A stretch of DNA of 64,000 nucleotides. Origin: a virus. Its lineage: Duplodnaviria; Caudoviricetes. Of this stretch, positions 60,548-64,000 are shown piece after piece. The translations under genes were made by a program, and so were the position numbers. The notes under the pieces are model-generated. The model saw only the letters and a list, made by a program, of their open reading frames with translations, was not told the origin of the DNA and ran no database searches. Position 1 is the stretch's first letter, and each line of letters opens with the position of its first letter. The stretch lies in the IMG/VR virus record IMGVR_UViG_3300037423_000611, positions 8,501-72,500 of that record, one strand, 5' to 3'.

Positions 60548-60982
60548 ATGTTTATGAATGAAAATTATTCAAATGCATGTTATAGAATTGTTGGTATTTC
60601 TGACGAAGTAATAACTTGTGAATGTTGTGGACGTGATAATCTAAAGAAAACCATTGTTGTGATGGATCTAGAAGGAAATGAAAGATATTTTGGCTCTAAT
60701 TGTGCTAGTAAATATTTAAAGGTTAAATCTAAAGAAGTAAATGAACGAGTTAGGGAATTAGAAGTAGCAAAGAAACAAAAAGAAAAGGAATTAAAAGAGG
60801 AAATAAACAAATTTATAAATAGTCACCCAGTAACAAAACAAGTATGGAATGAACAAAAAGAAGCAAACGAAAAGAATATATCTTTTAAACAACGTCAAGA
60901 AATGGGATTAATTAAACGTTGGTTAGAAATGGATAAAAGAGTGAAAGAAGAGGCCAAACAAAAATATAATGTAACAATCTAG
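60548..60982 (+). CDS. Zn-binding hypothetical protein
   Basis: CECCGRDNLKKT...YFGSNCA. Confidence 0.65.
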   Translation: MFMNENYSNACYRIVGISDEVITCECCGRDNLKKTIVVMDLEGNERYFGSNCASKYLKVKSKEVNERVRELEVAKKQKEKELKEEINKFINSHPVTKQVWNEQKEANEKNISFKQRQEMGLIKRWLEMDKRVKEEAKQKYNVTI

Positions 60983-61203
60983 GCTGCCTTTGTGCAGTCT
61001 TTTTATTTTCCCTTATATTCACCTATGGGAACCCGTAAAACGTCACAGAAGGCCATATAAACGGTTCAAAGTGTATTCTGTTTGGTCTGTATTGTTCCGG
61101 TTAAATCTGTGTAAAACATAAATTTGATTGGAAAATATTACTTGCATTAAACGTAAAAATAAATTAAAATATAAATATAATAAACGATTGGAGCCGTGAT
61201 ACT

Positions 61204-61509
61204 ATGTTAGTTAAAATTTATGGAATCATTAGCGAGGCATCTGACAAAATCAACTATAGAAATCTAAATAAAAATGTGAATGTTAAATACTTCAAAGGTG
61301 AAAATTCACATATGGAAATAGAAGTTACTGAATGTCTTGTAAATGACTCTAGAGGCTTTGAAGCTTACAAAGTACCACATAAAAAAGAAAATGACGTTGT
61401 TGTTTTCAGAATGACGAACCCAGAAAATAATAAATCAATGGTATCAATAAGTAGTGAATTTGCTATGAATGGAATTTATAGAAACTTTATTAAAAGACTG
61501 GAGAAATAA
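61204..61509 (+). CDS. Hypothetical protein
   Basis: ORF track; shared 16-bp leader. Confidence 0.6.
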   Translation: MLVKIYGIISEASDKINYRNLNKNVNVKYFKGENSHMEIEVTECLVNDSRGFEAYKVPHKKENDVVVFRMTNPENNKSMVSISSEFAMNGIYRNFIKRLEK

Positions 61510-61684
61510 AATCTAGTCTTTTTTTCTTTTCCTATACAACTAGACTTTCATCGGAACAAATGTTTACATCATAAAAGTAAAAATAAATATAAAAATATAT
61601 TGTATTATTACCAAAATCTGATATAATTAAAAGTGTCAAAGGTTATACATATTCAGTCCATTAGGACTATGGGAGGCTGTTAAA

Positions 61685-62098
61685 ATGATTAAAAAAGACT
61701 TTTCTTCCATTGGTTTAGTAGTTCGTTTTATTTCTCGTAACTCTTGGAAAAAGGAGGTTCAAACTGGTGTAATAGTGGATTATATTCCAGCCTCTAATTG
61801 TCTCACTATCCGCACACCTAAAGAGGATATTGTAAGCAGTAACTTTGATATTGTAGAAGTATTAGAAGCAAAGTTACCAGATAAAGAAACCCTTGAGAAG
61901 TATATCACATTAATAAATCAGCAGCAGGAATTAAGTAAAAAGGCCGATGATATTTTTTATAAAAATGGCATGATCCATTCAGATGGAATTGACACAGATG
62001 ATTATGAAATGGTTATGGAGCGTATTGGATACTTTGCACTATGCGAACAAATAGACGAATATAGAGAAAACATGATTTCCTCTTGTGTGACTTGCTAA
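61685..62098 (+). CDS. Hypothetical protein
   Basis: GGGAGG RBS. Confidence 0.6.
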   Translation: MIKKDFSSIGLVVRFISRNSWKKEVQTGVIVDYIPASNCLTIRTPKEDIVSSNFDIVEVLEAKLPDKETLEKYITLINQQQELSKKADDIFYKNGMIHSDGIDTDDYEMVMERIGYFALCEQIDEYRENMISSCVTC

Positions 62099-62231
62099 TA
62101 GATAGCAGGTCATTTTTTGTCTGGGTTCCAATCAAAACATAATTTTAATTAATACATTATTGATTATTTTGGTTTTGTGGAGTATAATAAAAGTATCTTA
62201 AAAATACGGCTTTACATAGGAGGTTATATTA

Positions 62232-62468
62232 ATGAGAAGTGAACTAAGAAATAAAATTATTGAAGAAAATAAATATCGCAATTTATTACAAGAGTTATTT
62301 TCCGCACACAATACACAAAATGATTTTTTCAAATTTCATGGTGCTGATATGAAAAATAATTGGAAGCGCGTTTACTCTCATACGGTGAATGGATCAACTA
62401 AATGGATGTATTTTAGCACAAACAAAGAAGCATACAATAATTTAAAAAATGAATTGGAGGTTATGTAA
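62232..62468 (+). CDS. Hypothetical protein
   Basis: AGGAGG RBS; TTGATT-17-TATAAT promoter. Confidence 0.6.
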   Translation: MRSELRNKIIEENKYRNLLQELFSAHNTQNDFFKFHGADMKNNWKRVYSHTVNGSTKWMYFSTNKEAYNNLKNELEVM

Positions 62469-62469
62469 A

Positions 62470-62757
62470 ATGAAAGTATTAGAAAAAGGAATTATGCCTA
62501 ATGGAACACCTATTCAAATTGAGGAATGGAACGAAAATTATTCATTTATGCCATATGGCAGCATGATTGCAAGTTATCCAAAATCAAAAGTTAGCCATGA
62601 TGGATCATACGCACCAAAAGGAAACCAAACTTATAGGTTTTCATTTGATACAGCAGAAGAAACAAAAAAGGCATATACTGAATTAATATCAGGAGTTAAA
62701 ACATTAACCGATTTTAAAGAAAATTTATCGCGTAAAGAATATGAAGATTGTATATAA
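62470..62757 (+). CDS. Hypothetical protein
   Basis: GGAGG RBS, ATG 62470. Confidence 0.6.
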   Translation: MKVLEKGIMPNGTPIQIEEWNENYSFMPYGSMIASYPKSKVSHDGSYAPKGNQTYRFSFDTAEETKKAYTELISGVKTLTDFKENLSRKEYEDCI

Positions 62758-62805
62758 TAATTAATATAAAATATTAGTAAATAGATTGATTGGAGCCGTG
62801 ATAAA

Positions 62806-63069
62806 ATGTTTATGTTTAATAAATCAATGGTTCAATATTTTAGAAAATATGCCATTGCTCATAATAAAAACAGTGAAAGCAAAGCAGCCGACAAAACATA
62901 TGATGAATTATATGATCTAGTTTCAAATAATTTTGACGAAGATAAAACAGAATATATTATGAATACACTTTGTAAAATAAAGAATAGAAAAATTGACTTT
63001 CTTCAAAATTTATGTGTATTAGATGAAAGTGGAATATCTGTAGATTTAAGAAATGTGAAAGATATTTGA
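62806..63069 (+). CDS. Hypothetical protein
   Basis: ORF track; shared 16-bp leader. Confidence 0.6.
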   Translation: MFMFNKSMVQYFRKYAIAHNKNSESKAADKTYDELYDLVSNNFDEDKTEYIMNTLCKIKNRKIDFLQNLCVLDESGISVDLRNVKDI

Positions 63070-63228
63070 ACCCAGTATTTATAAGGGTTCATTTTTCTTT
63101 ATTTCCCTTTAAAATGCATCATTTACGGGGTCTACACAAATAAAAATAATACTTGTAATGCGAGATATTAAATGGTAAAATATAACTATCAAATACATAA
63201 GCGGTTAACGCTTAAGGAGGTTTTTCGA

Positions 63229-63435
63229 ATGACAGAATTTTATTTTTATATTGTTGTCGATGGTGAGGAATGGTACTGGAATGGTAGAAGATTTCACGGT
63301 GATTTTGATAACTGTCTAGAATATAGTGCAAAAAAATCAAAACAATTCGTTTTAAACAATTATAAAGATACTCCATTCTATAGGGAAATGATCGAACATG
63401 CTGAACCAGATGAAATAATGATTAAAATTTATTAA
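63229..63435 (+). CDS. Hypothetical protein
   Basis: AAGGAGG RBS, ATG 63229. Confidence 0.6.
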   Translation: MTEFYFYIVVDGEEWYWNGRRFHGDFDNCLEYSAKKSKQFVLNNYKDTPFYREMIEHAEPDEIMIKIY

Positions 63436-63451
63436 AAAGAGGCTAAACCGT

Positions 63452-63706
63452 ATGAGCACAATAACGATTAAATTAAACTATAACCCTATTCCATTTGCAG
63501 GTATATGTAAAAATGATTGGGGATTTACAAAGGAATTCGATCATATTAAGGTTAAAACATTTAGTTCTTCAAGGGTCTATATTGCAGCCATTAAAGACGG
63601 TTTAAAACTAATGGAGATAGGTAAACAAATGAATTTTAAAGAAGGCAATGTTTATATCACATTTGGCAAAAAGAAAATAAATATAGGAACATATGAGGAG
63701 GCTTAA
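63452..63706 (+). CDS. Hypothetical protein
   Basis: ORF track; GAGG RBS. Confidence 0.55.
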   Translation: MSTITIKLNYNPIPFAGICKNDWGFTKEFDHIKVKTFSSSRVYIAAIKDGLKLMEIGKQMNFKEGNVYITFGKKKINIGTYEEA

Positions 63707-63708
63707 AC

Positions 63709-63963
63709 ATGTTAAAATTTAATGGTGTAAAATTAACAGAAGAATCTATTCAAAAAACTAGAAAATGGTTTTCTGATAATTCCCTTGCATGTATTGAAGA
63801 AGTAAAAAGCGGAAAAGTAAGGGTAAACGATCCCGAATACTATTTTAAATGGAGAAATGAAGCAGCAAAAGAATATATGGAAGGACAACATGATCATACT
63901 GTGACATTTTTACAACGTGCGTATTTTATTCAAACGGGTGAAAGTGTAGCTTTATTGCCTTAA
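63709..63963 (+). CDS. Hypothetical protein
   Basis: GAGGAGG RBS. Confidence 0.6.
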   Translation: MLKFNGVKLTEESIQKTRKWFSDNSLACIEEVKSGKVRVNDPEYYFKWRNEAAKEYMEGQHDHTVTFLQRAYFIQTGESVALLP

Positions 63964-64000
63964 TAAAATAAATTAATATTAGGAGGAATAGAAAATGATA

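Noticed and set aside
1-64000. tRNA, rRNA, CRISPR array, arbitrium (aimR/aimP) genes
   Set aside because: No cloverleaf, repeat-spacer array or TPR-regulator/peptide pair was recognised by eye; tRNAscan-SE and HMM searches would be needed to exclude them formally.

Overview
This is a 64-kb slice of a large, AT-rich temperate siphophage of a Bacillales/Firmicutes host. Gene order and several proteins resemble the SPbeta yonO-yonN-yonK-yonJ-yonF/E/D/B-yomM-yomI-yomH block; this assignment comes from motif recall, not a database search. From 1 to 43.1 kb the genes lie on the minus strand: CoiA-like nuclease, YonO-type two-barrel RNA polymerase, HU, PIN-PhoH, metallophosphoesterase, terminase, portal, protease/scaffold, capsid, head-tail proteins, tail tube, tyrosine recombinase, a 2060-aa tape measure with a glucosaminidase domain, Dit, and a large tail spike with three tandem repeats and a beta-helix. 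Four free-standing PD-(D/E)XK-type endonuclease genes are inserted in this block, each preceded by a related structured RNA-like leader. From 43.3 to 54.5 kb the plus strand carries a plasmid-like module: ParM-like actin, ParR-like protein, HTH protein, a frameshifted M23 peptidase, membrane and VirB6-like proteins, FtsK/SpoIIIE, a second tyrosine recombinase and a Rep/primase-like protein. From 54.5 to 55.7 kb is a non-coding origin-like region with a strand-skew switch, a DnaA-box cluster and a host-type parS site. From 55.7 to 64 kb is an array of small early genes with repeated leader motifs. No CRISPR array, tRNA, rRNA or reverse transcriptase was seen.
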